Source: Candidatus Multivorans sp. (GTDB lineage Bacteria > Acidobacteriota > Thermoanaerobaculia > Multivoradales > Multivoraceae). From it: 64,000 nt of DNA. How positions within the stretch are numbered: the first letter of the stretch is position 1; every line of letters begins with the position of its first letter. The notes under the pieces were generated by a model. That model searched no databases and was not told where the DNA came from. It was given only the letters and a program-made list of their open reading frames with translations. The position numbers were made by a program, and so were the translations under genes. Positions 20,888 to 29,615 of this stretch are shown here, in pieces. The stretch covers positions 2,336,001 to 2,400,000 of the forward strand of contig OZ251997.1 of assembly GCA_965247095.1 (NCBI GenBank), in the 5' to 3' direction.

Positions 20888-22360
20888 CTAACCACGGTGC
20901 CGCCACCGCCGCAGAATGTCGACGCCTTCCTGAAGGTCGCGTTCAATGCCGGGCGGCGAATTGCCATTCAGAGAAACCAGCACTTGCAGCGCTTCCCGTG
21001 GTTCGAGCTTCAACACGCCGCCACCCAGCGGGTGCCCCTCGATTTCGCAACTGAGACTGGTCAAGGTCGTTTTCCAGCGTCGGCGCAGCCGAGCCGCATC
21101 AACACCCGTGGCATTCAATCGAACCGCATGCACGGCGTTGGTGCAGGTACAGCGTGCCCGGTTCTCGACCAGAGCGGGCCCTTCTCCGCTCATGTAGGAG
21201 AGAAAGAAGTCGGGAACAGCCACATGGGGCACGGCGTACCAAGAACTTCGAACGCGGCACTTGTAGCGTTGGCGCGCCTCTTCCCCGCGAGGCGAATCCA
21301 GGTACCGCCGCACCGCAACCGGCAACGACACCTGAGGGTCGAGCGCGAGCAGGAAATTCGGTCGGTCATCGGATCGCCAACCGGCCACCGTCTCGTCCGT
21401 GATCGCCTCACCCTGCAGTTCCCGGCCGCTACGCACTGTCGGACGAAGCAGGTCCGACGGAATCTGCAGTTCTTCGGCTTCCGACGGCCGCAGGTGGAAG
21501 AAGTCGTTGGCGCCGGAGACGTAGCCGATACCCACGGCGGCCACCCGGCCGAGCGCCGTCGTCAGTTCGGAAGCCCTGAGGTCGTCGTAGGCAGAGCGAA
21601 TCCGGCTCGGCAGGAGCATCGGCCGGAGCCGAGAACCCCAGCGCCGCCATTCCCGGACGGACACCCGAGTATCAGCGAGCGGCGGTTCTGACCGAAACAC
21701 GAACCGCTCGTGCAGCGCCAGGTCGAAATGGTCCGTTCTCCCGCCAAAGCCGTCGGCGTAGAGCAGCCAGACATCCTCCGATAGGCCAACGAACAGCTTC
21801 TGGCGGACCGCCACCAACCGCACCTCGTTGAAGTGGCGGGCCAGCCAGTCGAGGAGCGGAGCTGCGTACGGAGCATGCCCTATCTCGGCTGGTACAACGA
21901 ACGCCATCCGCCCCCCCTGCCGAAGGAGAGAGGCGGTCACAATCAGGTATGGGGCCCAGGAGGAACAGAGCCCCGACAACTTGGCCCCCAACGAGGCGCA
22001 GAGTTTAAGCGCTTGGCGGCGCGTCTCGCCGTTGAACCGTTGGAAGCGGATGAACGGCGGATTTCCGGCCGCGCAATCGAACCGCTCCGAGGTTGCGGCT
22101 GCCCAGTCGAAGAAGTCCGCGCATTCGACGGTTCCACGCGGCGCAGCCTCCGCCGCACTCGAAACTGCCGCGGCATCGCAATCGACTCCAGTGCTGCGGG
22201 GGTGCAGTGCGAGAAACCGGCCGTCGCCGCAGGACGGATCGAGCATGTGCTCGTCCGGTCTCCGAACAGCCCACCGGACCAGAGCGGCGGCCGTCTCCGG
22301 CGGCGTGTAGTAGGCCCCCCGGGCCTTCTGGTCGGTTACCCGATGCTGGACCGCCTCCAT
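20888..22360 (-). CDS. N6-adenine DNA methyltransferase (gamma class)
   Basis: GAYYTP, LDPSCGDGRF (motif I), GNPPF (motif IV), GGGVLKLEPRE. Confidence 0.92.
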   Translation of the reverse strand: MEAVQHRVTDQKARGAYYTPPETAAALVRWAVRRPDEHMLDPSCGDGRFLALHPRSTGVDCDAAAVSSAAEAAPRGTVECADFFDWAAATSERFDCAAGNPPFIRFQRFNGETRRQALKLCASLGAKLSGLCSSWAPYLIVTASLLRQGGRMAFVVPAEIGHAPYAAPLLDWLARHFNEVRLVAVRQKLFVGLSEDVWLLYADGFGGRTDHFDLALHERFVFRSEPPLADTRVSVREWRRWGSRLRPMLLPSRIRSAYDDLRASELTTALGRVAAVGIGYVSGANDFFHLRPSEAEELQIPSDLLRPTVRSGRELQGEAITDETVAGWRSDDRPNFLLALDPQVSLPVAVRRYLDSPRGEEARQRYKCRVRSSWYAVPHVAVPDFFLSYMSGEGPALVENRARCTCTNAVHAVRLNATGVDAARLRRRWKTTLTSLSCEIEGHPLGGGVLKLEPREALQVLVSLNGNSPPGIERDLQEGVDILRRWRHRG

Positions 22361-22468
22361 CTCACAACGGCGCGGGCGATGGCGCCGCGCGCGAGCCGAG
22401 AATACACGGCTCAGCCCCCTTCAGCACCCACGATCTGCCGGTCGCCTGTCAGGCTGTCCAGCGCCTCC

Positions 22469-23404
22469 TCACTCCGCCTTGCGGAGATCCCCTTCCACCG
22501 TCATCTGCATCGACATGGACATTGAGGAGGCCTCCGCCGGCTGACCCTCCACTTGCGGAATCTCCATGGACACATCCACGTTCATGCCCATGTCCAGGCT
22601 GTAGTTGACCGCCAGACCCGTCGCCTCGTCCAGTTCATAGGTGCCCGTGTACTCGCCGGAGAGGTTCTCGTAGCGCATGTCGAATCCCGGCATCTCGGGC
22701 ATGCCCGGCAACACGGGCTCGTCGCTGCCCGAGAGGCCACCCACCACTTCGATCAGGGCCAACCCGTCGCTCCTTTCTCCGAGCGTGGAGGTCGTATCCA
22801 CTGTCAGACCGAACGCGGTTACCGTGTCGGTCCAGGTGGCGCCGGTGTCGATCGGCTCCGTGGGCATGTAAGGAACGCCCCGCTGGACCATGTCCCTGAT
22901 CTGCCCCCCACCAAGGCTCGACTCGAGGCCCTGGCGCAGCGCCTCCTTCATCGCCTCAGGCAGGTCCACCTGGTCCAGCATCGCGTCCATCAGCCCTTCG
23001 AACCCACTGAAGTCCAGAACTTCACCGTTCCTGGCCACGACCGTTGTGAAGCCCTCGCCGACCATCGCCTGATAGAGGTCGTTCAGGTCGAAGGGCATCT
23101 GGTCGATACCCGGCAACCCTCCGATCTCCGCGGACATGGATGCGACCGTGTAGTGCCCGACCACGGTGTCGTCTTCGGCGCCCGCTTCGAAGACCACATC
23201 CTGTTCCATTCCGAACGTCATCGTCATGTCGAGATCCATGCCTTGGATACTCGTCTGTGTCCGCATTTGCGACGTTGCGCTTCCCTTGTAGGGAACGCCG
23301 AGTTCCGGGTCGAATCGATAGACCAGTTCCTGACCGCCGCAAGCCATCGCTGAAAAGAGCGTCGCTGCGATACCGAGGGTCACCAGTGATCTGTGCTGGG
23401 TCAT
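22469..23404 (-). CDS. Lipoprotein, DUF6263-like
   Basis: Lipobox SAMAC; beta-rich body; P..PI..GATW motif. Confidence 0.6.
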   Translation of the reverse strand: MTQHRSLVTLGIAATLFSAMACGGQELVYRFDPELGVPYKGSATSQMRTQTSIQGMDLDMTMTFGMEQDVVFEAGAEDDTVVGHYTVASMSAEIGGLPGIDQMPFDLNDLYQAMVGEGFTTVVARNGEVLDFSGFEGLMDAMLDQVDLPEAMKEALRQGLESSLGGGQIRDMVQRGVPYMPTEPIDTGATWTDTVTAFGLTVDTTSTLGERSDGLALIEVVGGLSGSDEPVLPGMPEMPGFDMRYENLSGEYTGTYELDEATGLAVNYSLDMGMNVDVSMEIPQVEGQPAEASSMSMSMQMTVEGDLRKAE

Positions 23405-23532
23405 ATTGTGGTTCCTCCGATGTTCCTCGTTGCCCGGCTCCGGCGCCGAGTCCCGATCCAAAATCGTCGAACTCCTGCCCTACTACCTTAGCGGGATGCG
23501 GATCACCACACCGCCCATCGTGTCCCCCCGGC

Positions 23533-23562
23533 AGCCCGGTCGTCGCCGCGACCTTCGTGCCG
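23533..23562. repeat. 30-bp imperfect direct repeat (duplicate of the acetyltransferase 3' segment)
   Basis: 24/30 identical to 24344-24373, including 13 consecutive bases GACCTTCGTGCCG. Confidence 0.6.
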
Positions 23563-23564
23563 CC

Positions 23565-23939
23565 CTACACGAACTCAAGTCCCGGGATGTCCCGGAAATC
23601 CTCCACGTTCAGGGTCCAGATGGCGGCCTCGTGAAGCAGGGCACAGGCGGCGATCGCGATGTCCGAGGCGCGTCCGCGAGCCCGTCCCACGGCACCGTAG
23701 AGCATAGCGGCCCGGGCGGCCGCCTCCGCGTCGAACGGCACGACGGCGGCCGACGGAAGAAGTTGCTCCTGCGCGTCGAGCTCCTCCGCCGTCCGAGGGC
23801 CACGCAGCCACTCATAGAGCACCGGGCTCGACACATTCAGCCGGTGACCCTGCTCCACCAATGCGAACAGGTCGTCGAACGCGTCGCGGGGACCAGCCAA
23901 CGCCGCAATGAGCGCCGAAGTGTCCAAATGGACGATCAA
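23565..23939 (-). CDS. vapC: PIN-domain (VapC) toxin
   Basis: HLDTSALI, VLYEWLRG, DIAIAACA, WTLN.EDF.DIPGL; TTG overlaps the antitoxin stop. Confidence 0.9.
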   Translation of the reverse strand: MIVHLDTSALIAALAGPRDAFDDLFALVEQGHRLNVSSPVLYEWLRGPRTAEELDAQEQLLPSAAVVPFDAEAAARAAMLYGAVGRARGRASDIAIAACALLHEAAIWTLNVEDFRDIPGLEFV

Positions 23940-24214
23940 TCCTCGACCCCGAGCCAACCTTCGCGCCGGGATGCGCGGACTTCCTTGATCTCGGCCTGAA
24001 CCGCCTCGCGCGTCCCGGTGACCGGAGCCCGGCGCAGGTTTTCCAGCACGCTGAGCATGCGCAGACGCTCGCCTTCGCTCAGCCGGTTCGCCCGCGCCAC
24101 GAAATCGGCAACCGCTTCCCGCACGATCTGACTCTGCGGCTTGCCGAACCGAAGCGCCGCTCCGCGAATCCGACGGATCGTCTCGTCGTCGAGAGAATAC
24201 GTTGCCTTTACCAT
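23936..24214 (-). CDS. CopG/RHH-type antitoxin
   Basis: MVKATYSLDDETI...QSQIVREAV; GTATGG direct repeats immediately upstream. Confidence 0.8.
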   Translation of the reverse strand: MVKATYSLDDETIRRIRGAALRFGKPQSQIVREAVADFVARANRLSEGERLRMLSVLENLRRAPVTGTREAVQAEIKEVRASRREGWLGVED

Positions 24215-24294
24215 AAGGGGGCCATACTGCCATACCCGCCGCAACGCGGCAATGTCCTCCACGAGCGAAAGGCCCGGTCCCGGTCTATGAAGAA

Positions 24295-24846
24295 TCAGCC
24301 CGTCCGGTCCTTCGCCGCCGGTTCCTCGCCGGCCTCGAGCCGTAGACCTGCCGTTGTCGTGACCTTCGTGCCGGCCGGGATGTCTCGCGTCACGACGCAG
24401 TTCACGCCGATGAAGACGTTGTCGCCGATCTCGATCCTGCCGATCAGCCGGCTTCCGGCGCCGACGAAGACGTTGTCGCCGAGCGTGGGCATCTGCTCCA
24501 ACCGCTTCCCCGTCGGGGCGCCGATTGTGACCTGGTGCAGCAACGTTCCGTTCCTGCCGATGCGAACCCCGTTGCCGATCACCAGGCCGATGCCGTGGCT
24601 GATGAACAGGCCCGGGCCGATCCGGGCAGCGGGTGCGATGTCGACGCTGGTGAGGAACAGCGACAGCCGGGCGAAGGCCGGTCCCAGCACCGGGATGCGC
24701 CGGCTCTTGAACCAGTGGGCGATCCGGTAGAGGACGACGGCCTGGAACCCGTTTTCGAACAGCAGCGACTCGAGCACGTACCAGGGGAACGGCTTGGTCT
24801 TGATCTCCCGCAGCCGGCGCGTGTCCGCGCGCAGGTTCTTCAGCAT
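24295..24846 (-). CDS. Serine-acetyltransferase-like hexapeptide O-acetyltransferase
   Basis: DIAPAARIGPGLFISHG, VTIG, LGDNVFVGAG left-handed beta-helix repeats. Confidence 0.85.
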   Translation of the reverse strand: MLKNLRADTRRLREIKTKPFPWYVLESLLFENGFQAVVLYRIAHWFKSRRIPVLGPAFARLSLFLTSVDIAPAARIGPGLFISHGIGLVIGNGVRIGRNGTLLHQVTIGAPTGKRLEQMPTLGDNVFVGAGSRLIGRIEIGDNVFIGVNCVVTRDIPAGTKVTTTAGLRLEAGEEPAAKDRTG

Positions 24847-25775
24847 GCCGGGGCGCCCCTTCCCAACCGCGGCGGCGGCGCCATCGGCGCCCTGAGGCCT
24901 TCGATCACGCCCCGCAGCTTGGCGATCACTGCGCTCTGGTTGCCGCGCACGAGTTCCCGGAAGAAGGCAATGAACAGTCCCGCGGAGAGGAAGGCCGCGA
25001 AGGAGCACCACTGCAGCGGACCGCCGTAACGCCGCACGAACAGGGCGGCGCTGCGGCCGTTGAAGAACGTCCGCGAGGCGCGATAACCGCCGACCGTACG
25101 CGCCACCATGTGGTACAGCACCGCCCGGTGCGCGTAGTAGCAGCGGTAGCCGCGCGCCTTCATCCGCATACACCAGTCGGCGTCATCGAGCGCCAAGTGG
25201 AACAGCGGATCCCAGAGACCGATCTCCTCGACGACCGTGCGGCGCACCAGCATCGCGCAGCCGTTCACATAAGGCACTTCCTCGTCGCGGTCGTACTGCC
25301 CGCGGTCCACTTCGCCCTCGCCCCGCTCCCGCGTCATCGACTCGCGGAACCGAATGCGGCCGCCGGCCGACCACAGCCGATCGCGCTCCCCGTGGTAGAG
25401 AATCTTCGGCCCCACGCAGCCGATGCCCGGATCCGCCTCGGCCACCGCGACGAGTTCGTCCAGGAAGTCCCGCTCGACCTCGATGTCGTTGTTCAGCAGC
25501 AGCAGGTAGTCGACGCCGCGACTGACCGCGAGTTCGATCCCCTGGTTCATGCCGAAGACGACGCCCTGGTTCTGCTCGACTCGGATCTGTGTCACCTCCG
25601 GGTGGACGGTGGCGACCGCCTCGCTCGAGCCGTCACCGGAACCGTTGTCGACATGAATCAGTTCGCAGGCGGGATAGGTCATCGCCTCCAGGCTGCGGAG
25701 CGCCTGCAGCGTGATGTCGCGCCCGTTGTAGTTCAGAACGATGGCGGCGACGCGCGGTACGGGTCCGGAACCCAC
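24840..25775 (-). CDS. GT2 glycosyltransferase (start uncertain)
   Basis: IVLNYNG, VDNGSGD, LLLNND, GCAML, DDADWC. Confidence 0.9.
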   Translation of the reverse strand: MGSGPVPRVAAIVLNYNGRDITLQALRSLEAMTYPACELIHVDNGSGDGSSEAVATVHPEVTQIRVEQNQGVVFGMNQGIELAVSRGVDYLLLLNNDIEVERDFLDELVAVAEADPGIGCVGPKILYHGERDRLWSAGGRIRFRESMTRERGEGEVDRGQYDRDEEVPYVNGCAMLVRRTVVEEIGLWDPLFHLALDDADWCMRMKARGYRCYYAHRAVLYHMVARTVGGYRASRTFFNGRSAALFVRRYGGPLQWCSFAAFLSAGLFIAFFRELVRGNQSAVIAKLRGVIEGLRAPMAPPPRLGRGAPAC

Positions 25776-25818
25776 GGCAGGGAGCGTAACGCAGCCCGTC
25801 GTCGGTAACATCAGCGGC

Positions 25819-27315
25819 ATGGCACAACACCCGGGAAACGGACGTTTCCTGACGACGAAGGGGCTTCTTGCCGCCTTCCTCGTCCTGGCCGGCACAGGCA
25901 CACCGCTCACAGCACAATCGCCCCCCGAAACGGCCCTTGAACCGGCGTCCGCCGCACTATGGCCGGCCTTCAGGGGCCCCGACGGCATCCCGGTTTCGGA
26001 GGACGATCGACTACCGCTGCATTGGTCCACGACCGAGAACGTCGAATGGAGCGTCGACGTGCCCGGTTCCGGCTGGTCATCGCCGATCGTCGCCGGCGAC
26101 CGGGTCTTCCTGACCACCGCGGCGGCCTCAACGGAGATCACGAAACAACCGGAGTTCGGTACCGAGTACAGCAACGAGTTCATGAGCGAACTCCGGGAGC
26201 AGGGCGTGCCCTGGGAGGAGATCCTCAAGCAACACAACGAGCGCTTCATCGAGTTCCCCGACGAGGTCGATCTGGCCTACCTGTTGGTCGCCTACTCGCT
26301 CGAGGACGGCGCCGAAGTCTGGCGCCGGACGTTCTTCGCCGGACCCCCGCCCGGAGGCCGCCACTCGAAGAACTCGTTTGCATCCGAAACACCCGTTACC
26401 GACGGCGAAACGATCTTCGTCTACGTCACCGGCCTGGGTCTGTGGGCCTACACGCTCGACGGCGAGCCGCGCTGGGAACGTCGGCTGGATCCGTTCCAGA
26501 TCTACATGGACTTCGGCACCGGCGGCTCACCCGCCCTGACCAACGACCTCGTCGTGGTGTTGAACGACAACCAGGAACACCAGTTCCTGGCAGCCTTCTC
26601 GAAGCAGGACGGACGGGAGGTCTGGCGCGCCGCCCGCGACATCGGTCCGCCCCACGACACCAGCCGCACCTGGAGAACGTCGTGGAGCACGCCCTTCGTC
26701 TGGAGTCACGACGACCGCACCGAAATCGTGGCGCTCGGTCCCTACACGGCGATCAGCTACGACACGATGGGCCGCGAGCTGTGGCGCCTGTCCCGCCACT
26801 CCCTGCTGCCGGTTCCAACGCCCTTCGCCTATGACGGTCTGCTCTACATCACATCGGGAGTACACGGCGACTCGAACCGTCCGATCACCGCGATCCGCCC
26901 GGGCGGCGCCGGCGACCTCACCCCGGGCGAGGACGCCACCACCAACGAGTTCGTGGTCTGGAACGACAGCCGGGCCGGCACCTACATCCCGACGCCGGTC
27001 CCGTACAAGGGCTCCCTGTGGGTGGTCTACGACCGCGGCATCTTCGCCCGCTACGACGCCGCGACCGGCGAGCGCCTCTTCCAGGCGCGGATCAAAGGCT
27101 CGAACGGCCACTTCACCACCTCGCCCTGGGCCTACCGCGATCGCATTTTCGCCACCGACGAGGCCGGCACGACGTTCGTGTTCGGCACCCGCGGCGAGTT
27201 TGAGCAACTCCACGCGAACGACCTGGACGAGATGACGCTCGCGTCGCCGGCGCTGGCCGGCGACCGGCTCGTGATGAGGACGCGGTCGAAGCTGTACAGC
27301 GTCCGGGAGCAGTAG
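25819..27315 (+). CDS. Secreted PQQ-binding-like beta-propeller protein
   Basis: Signal peptide; WPAFRGP, WSSPIV.GDRVFLT, ASETPVTDG, ASPA. Confidence 0.85.
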   Translation: MAQHPGNGRFLTTKGLLAAFLVLAGTGTPLTAQSPPETALEPASAALWPAFRGPDGIPVSEDDRLPLHWSTTENVEWSVDVPGSGWSSPIVAGDRVFLTTAAASTEITKQPEFGTEYSNEFMSELREQGVPWEEILKQHNERFIEFPDEVDLAYLLVAYSLEDGAEVWRRTFFAGPPPGGRHSKNSFASETPVTDGETIFVYVTGLGLWAYTLDGEPRWERRLDPFQIYMDFGTGGSPALTNDLVVVLNDNQEHQFLAAFSKQDGREVWRAARDIGPPHDTSRTWRTSWSTPFVWSHDDRTEIVALGPYTAISYDTMGRELWRLSRHSLLPVPTPFAYDGLLYITSGVHGDSNRPITAIRPGGAGDLTPGEDATTNEFVVWNDSRAGTYIPTPVPYKGSLWVVYDRGIFARYDAATGERLFQARIKGSNGHFTTSPWAYRDRIFATDEAGTTFVFGTRGEFEQLHANDLDEMTLASPALAGDRLVMRTRSKLYSVREQ

Positions 27316-27360
27316 GCGCCACGGAGCGAAGCCCACGGTCTCGCTGCTTCGTGGCGTCGC

Positions 27361-27390
27361 CCGGATAGCAGCGGGATGCCGGCGTTCCCC
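27361..27390. repeat. Degenerate REP-like copy (reverse orientation)
   Basis: CCGGATAGCAGCGGGATGCCGGCGTTCCCC compared with CCGGATGCGGGCGAGACGCCCGCGTTCCCAGG. Confidence 0.4.
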
Positions 27391-27391
27391 T

Positions 27392-28243
27392 CTACCTGAC
27401 GGGATGCATGTCGAGGTCCAGGCGGTCGAAGTACTCGATGCGGTTCGGCATCGTGGCCTCGATCGTCCTGGTCATGCTGCGGGAGATCCGCCCCCGACGG
27501 TGCCGTACGGCGAAGAACGGCCCGAAGCTCTCGGCGACATCCTCCCGATGGGGATGGTCACGCGCGTAGTCGGAAATGAACCCGGGTGGCGCGATCCGCG
27601 CCACCCGTGAACCAGTCCATGCGCCCGTCAGTCGGGCGCATGGATGACACCTGCCGTCCGCGGTCTGCGCGGCGAGCCAGGCGTCCGCGGCCGAATGGAC
27701 CGGGTCCAGGGAGGTGTGCGCCGCTTCGTGCATCAGGATCTCCTCCAGCACACCGTCGCGCAGGTACTCCGCGGCCTTGCCGACATGGACCAGGATGTTG
27801 TCGTTGCCGCCGCCGAAGGGCATGTCGCCGCGGTGGATCCACACCGTTTCGACCCGCGTTCGCAGGCCCGCCGGCAACTGCCCGATGGCCCGGGCGTAGA
27901 ACGCCGCGTGGCGCTCCGCGGTGGCGGCATCGCCGAACTCCGCATTGACCTGCACCTCCACGACCGTCTCGCCCTCGAAGGCGGCGTTGAACAGGTAGGC
28001 ATCGGTCAAGGCGAAGGCGTCCGCGCGACGATCGAACATCCTGCGAGTGTCGTGGCCCGCGTAGTCGAGGCTCCGCAGCGCCGACGGGTCGGACGCGACG
28101 ATGAGATCGGGATCGATGAAGGCCGTGCCGCGGTAGGGCGGCCCCTCGACCACGGGCGCCGGTCCGGCGCATGCAAACGACAGCGACAGGAACAGGGCGG
28201 CAAGCGCGAAACCCGGTCGCAGTCGGAGCACGGTTGGCGGCAT
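27392..28243 (-). CDS. Lipoprotein with HExxH zinc-peptidase motif, carrying an in-frame 69-bp insertion
   Basis: Lipobox SFAC; MHEAAH...REDVAE; 23-codon insert at 27582-27650. Confidence 0.7.
   Translation of the reverse strand: MPPTVLRLRPGFALAALFLSLSFACAGPAPVVEGPPYRGTAFIDPDLIVASDPSALRSLDYAGHDTRRMFDRRADAFALTDAYLFNAAFEGETVVEVQVNAEFGDAATAERHAAFYARAIGQLPAGLRTRVETVWIHRGDMPFGGGNDNILVHVGKAAEYLRDGVLEEILMHEAAHTSLDPVHSAADAWLAAQTADGRCHPCARLTGAWTGSRVARIAPPGFISDYARDHPHREDVAESFGPFFAVRHRRGRISRSMTRTIEATMPNRIEYFDRLDLDMHPVR
27582..27650. mobile_element. Miniature two-hairpin element, 69-bp copy inside a CDS
   Basis: Homologous to 29536-29603 and 33566-33633; preceded by GAAC. Confidence 0.8.
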
Positions 28244-28260
28244 GCGGAAGAAAAGCCCCT

Positions 28261-29499
28261 CTAGACGATGCGAACTTCCGGCACCGGCAGGATGAACTTG
28301 CCGCCCCGGCGGCGGAACTCGGCCTGCTGCGCCAGGATCTCGTCCTCGAAATTCCAGGCCAGGAGCAGCACGTGGTCCGGCGCCGGATCCTCCAGCAGCG
28401 CCTCGGGCGCGACGATCGGAATGTGGGAGCCCGGGGTGTAGCGGCCCTGCTTGAGCGGACTGCGGTCGGCGATGAAGTCGAGCAGGTCGGGGCCGACACC
28501 GAAGAACTCGAGCAGCGTGCTGCCCTTGGCCGGGGCGCCGTAGCCGGCCAGCCGCCGTCCGTCCGCCTTGAGTCCGCGGAGACAGTCCACGACTTCGGTC
28601 TTCAAGCGGTCGACCCGCCCGGCAAACGCGCTCCAGGTCTCGAACCGGTCGATGCCCAACTCCCGTTCGGCGGCGAGGACCTCGGCCACGCTGGCGTCGA
28701 CCTCGCCCTCGCCGCGGCGCCTCACGGTGACCCGAAGCTGGCCGTGGTGGATCGGCAGCCGCTCGGCCCGCACCACCTCCATGCCGTGGTCCTCGAAGAG
28801 CCGGATCATCGGACCCAGCGCCCAGTAGGAGACGTGCTCGTGGTACACGGTGTCGAAGGCGAGCTGGTCGAGCAGATCGACCAGGTAGTGCGCCTCCAGG
28901 ACGAAGGCGCCGCCCGGAGCGAGGGCGGTGTCCAGGCCGGCGACGAAGCCGGAGAGATCGGGGATGTGCGGGAAGGTGTTGGTCGCGGTGATCAGCTTGG
29001 CGCGGCCCCACCGCGCTGCGATCTCGGCCGCGGAGTCCGCGCCGAAGAAGCCCTGATAGCGCTCGATGCCGGTTTCGCGGCTGAACTCGGCCAGGTTCTC
29101 CGCCGGATCGACGCCCAGGGTCGAGGCGCCGCGGTCGCGGAAGCAGCACAGCAGGGAGGCGTCGTTGCAACCGATGTCGATCACGAGGCGGCCGTCCGCG
29201 AGGCCGTGGCGAGAGGTGAGGGTCGCCGCCAGGTCGGCGAAGTGGGCGCGCAGGGTGTCCGAAGCGGAAGACACATAGAGGTAGTCCGTGAACATCGCGG
29301 CCGGCGGTACAAACTCGGTGAGCTGGACGTGCCCGCAGCCGCGGCAGAAGCCCACGCGCAGCGGGAAGCGCGGTTCGGGCTGGTTCAGGTCGTCGGCGCT
29401 GGGAAACTTGTTGGCGAGCGCGGTGCTGCCGAGGTCGAGGAACACGTCGACCGCGGGTTGGGCGCAGACGAGGCAGTTCGCGGTTGACGGCTTAGTCAT
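28261..29499 (-). CDS. NDP-sugar C-methyltransferase-type SAM methyltransferase
   Basis: N-terminal CxxC...CxxC zinc site, DIGCND, YHEH, YGAPAKG.TLL, LLAWNF. Confidence 0.88.
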   Translation of the reverse strand: MTKPSTANCLVCAQPAVDVFLDLGSTALANKFPSADDLNQPEPRFPLRVGFCRGCGHVQLTEFVPPAAMFTDYLYVSSASDTLRAHFADLAATLTSRHGLADGRLVIDIGCNDASLLCCFRDRGASTLGVDPAENLAEFSRETGIERYQGFFGADSAAEIAARWGRAKLITATNTFPHIPDLSGFVAGLDTALAPGGAFVLEAHYLVDLLDQLAFDTVYHEHVSYWALGPMIRLFEDHGMEVVRAERLPIHHGQLRVTVRRRGEGEVDASVAEVLAAERELGIDRFETWSAFAGRVDRLKTEVVDCLRGLKADGRRLAGYGAPAKGSTLLEFFGVGPDLLDFIADRSPLKQGRYTPGSHIPIVAPEALLEDPAPDHVLLLAWNFEDEILAQQAEFRRRGGKFILPVPEVRIV

Positions 29500-29511
29500 C
29501 GAGTGGCGGAC

Positions 29512-29612
29512 CCGGAATGCGGGCGAGACGCCCGCGTGCCATCCGCGCGCCCGATGACGGGCGCACGGAGTGGTTCGCGGGTGGCGCGGATCGCGCCACC
29601 CGGGTTCCCAGG
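29512..29612. mobile_element. REP-like repeat interrupted by the 68-bp two-hairpin element (insert 29536-29603), reverse orientation
   Basis: Removing the 68 bp restores GCGGGCGAGACGCCCGC|GTTCCCAGG. Confidence 0.85.
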
Positions 29613-29615
29613 GGT

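Noticed and set aside
22454-22466. CTGTCCAGCGCCT as a third copy of the 23-bp att-like repeat
   Set aside because: Too short and mismatched to distinguish from chance
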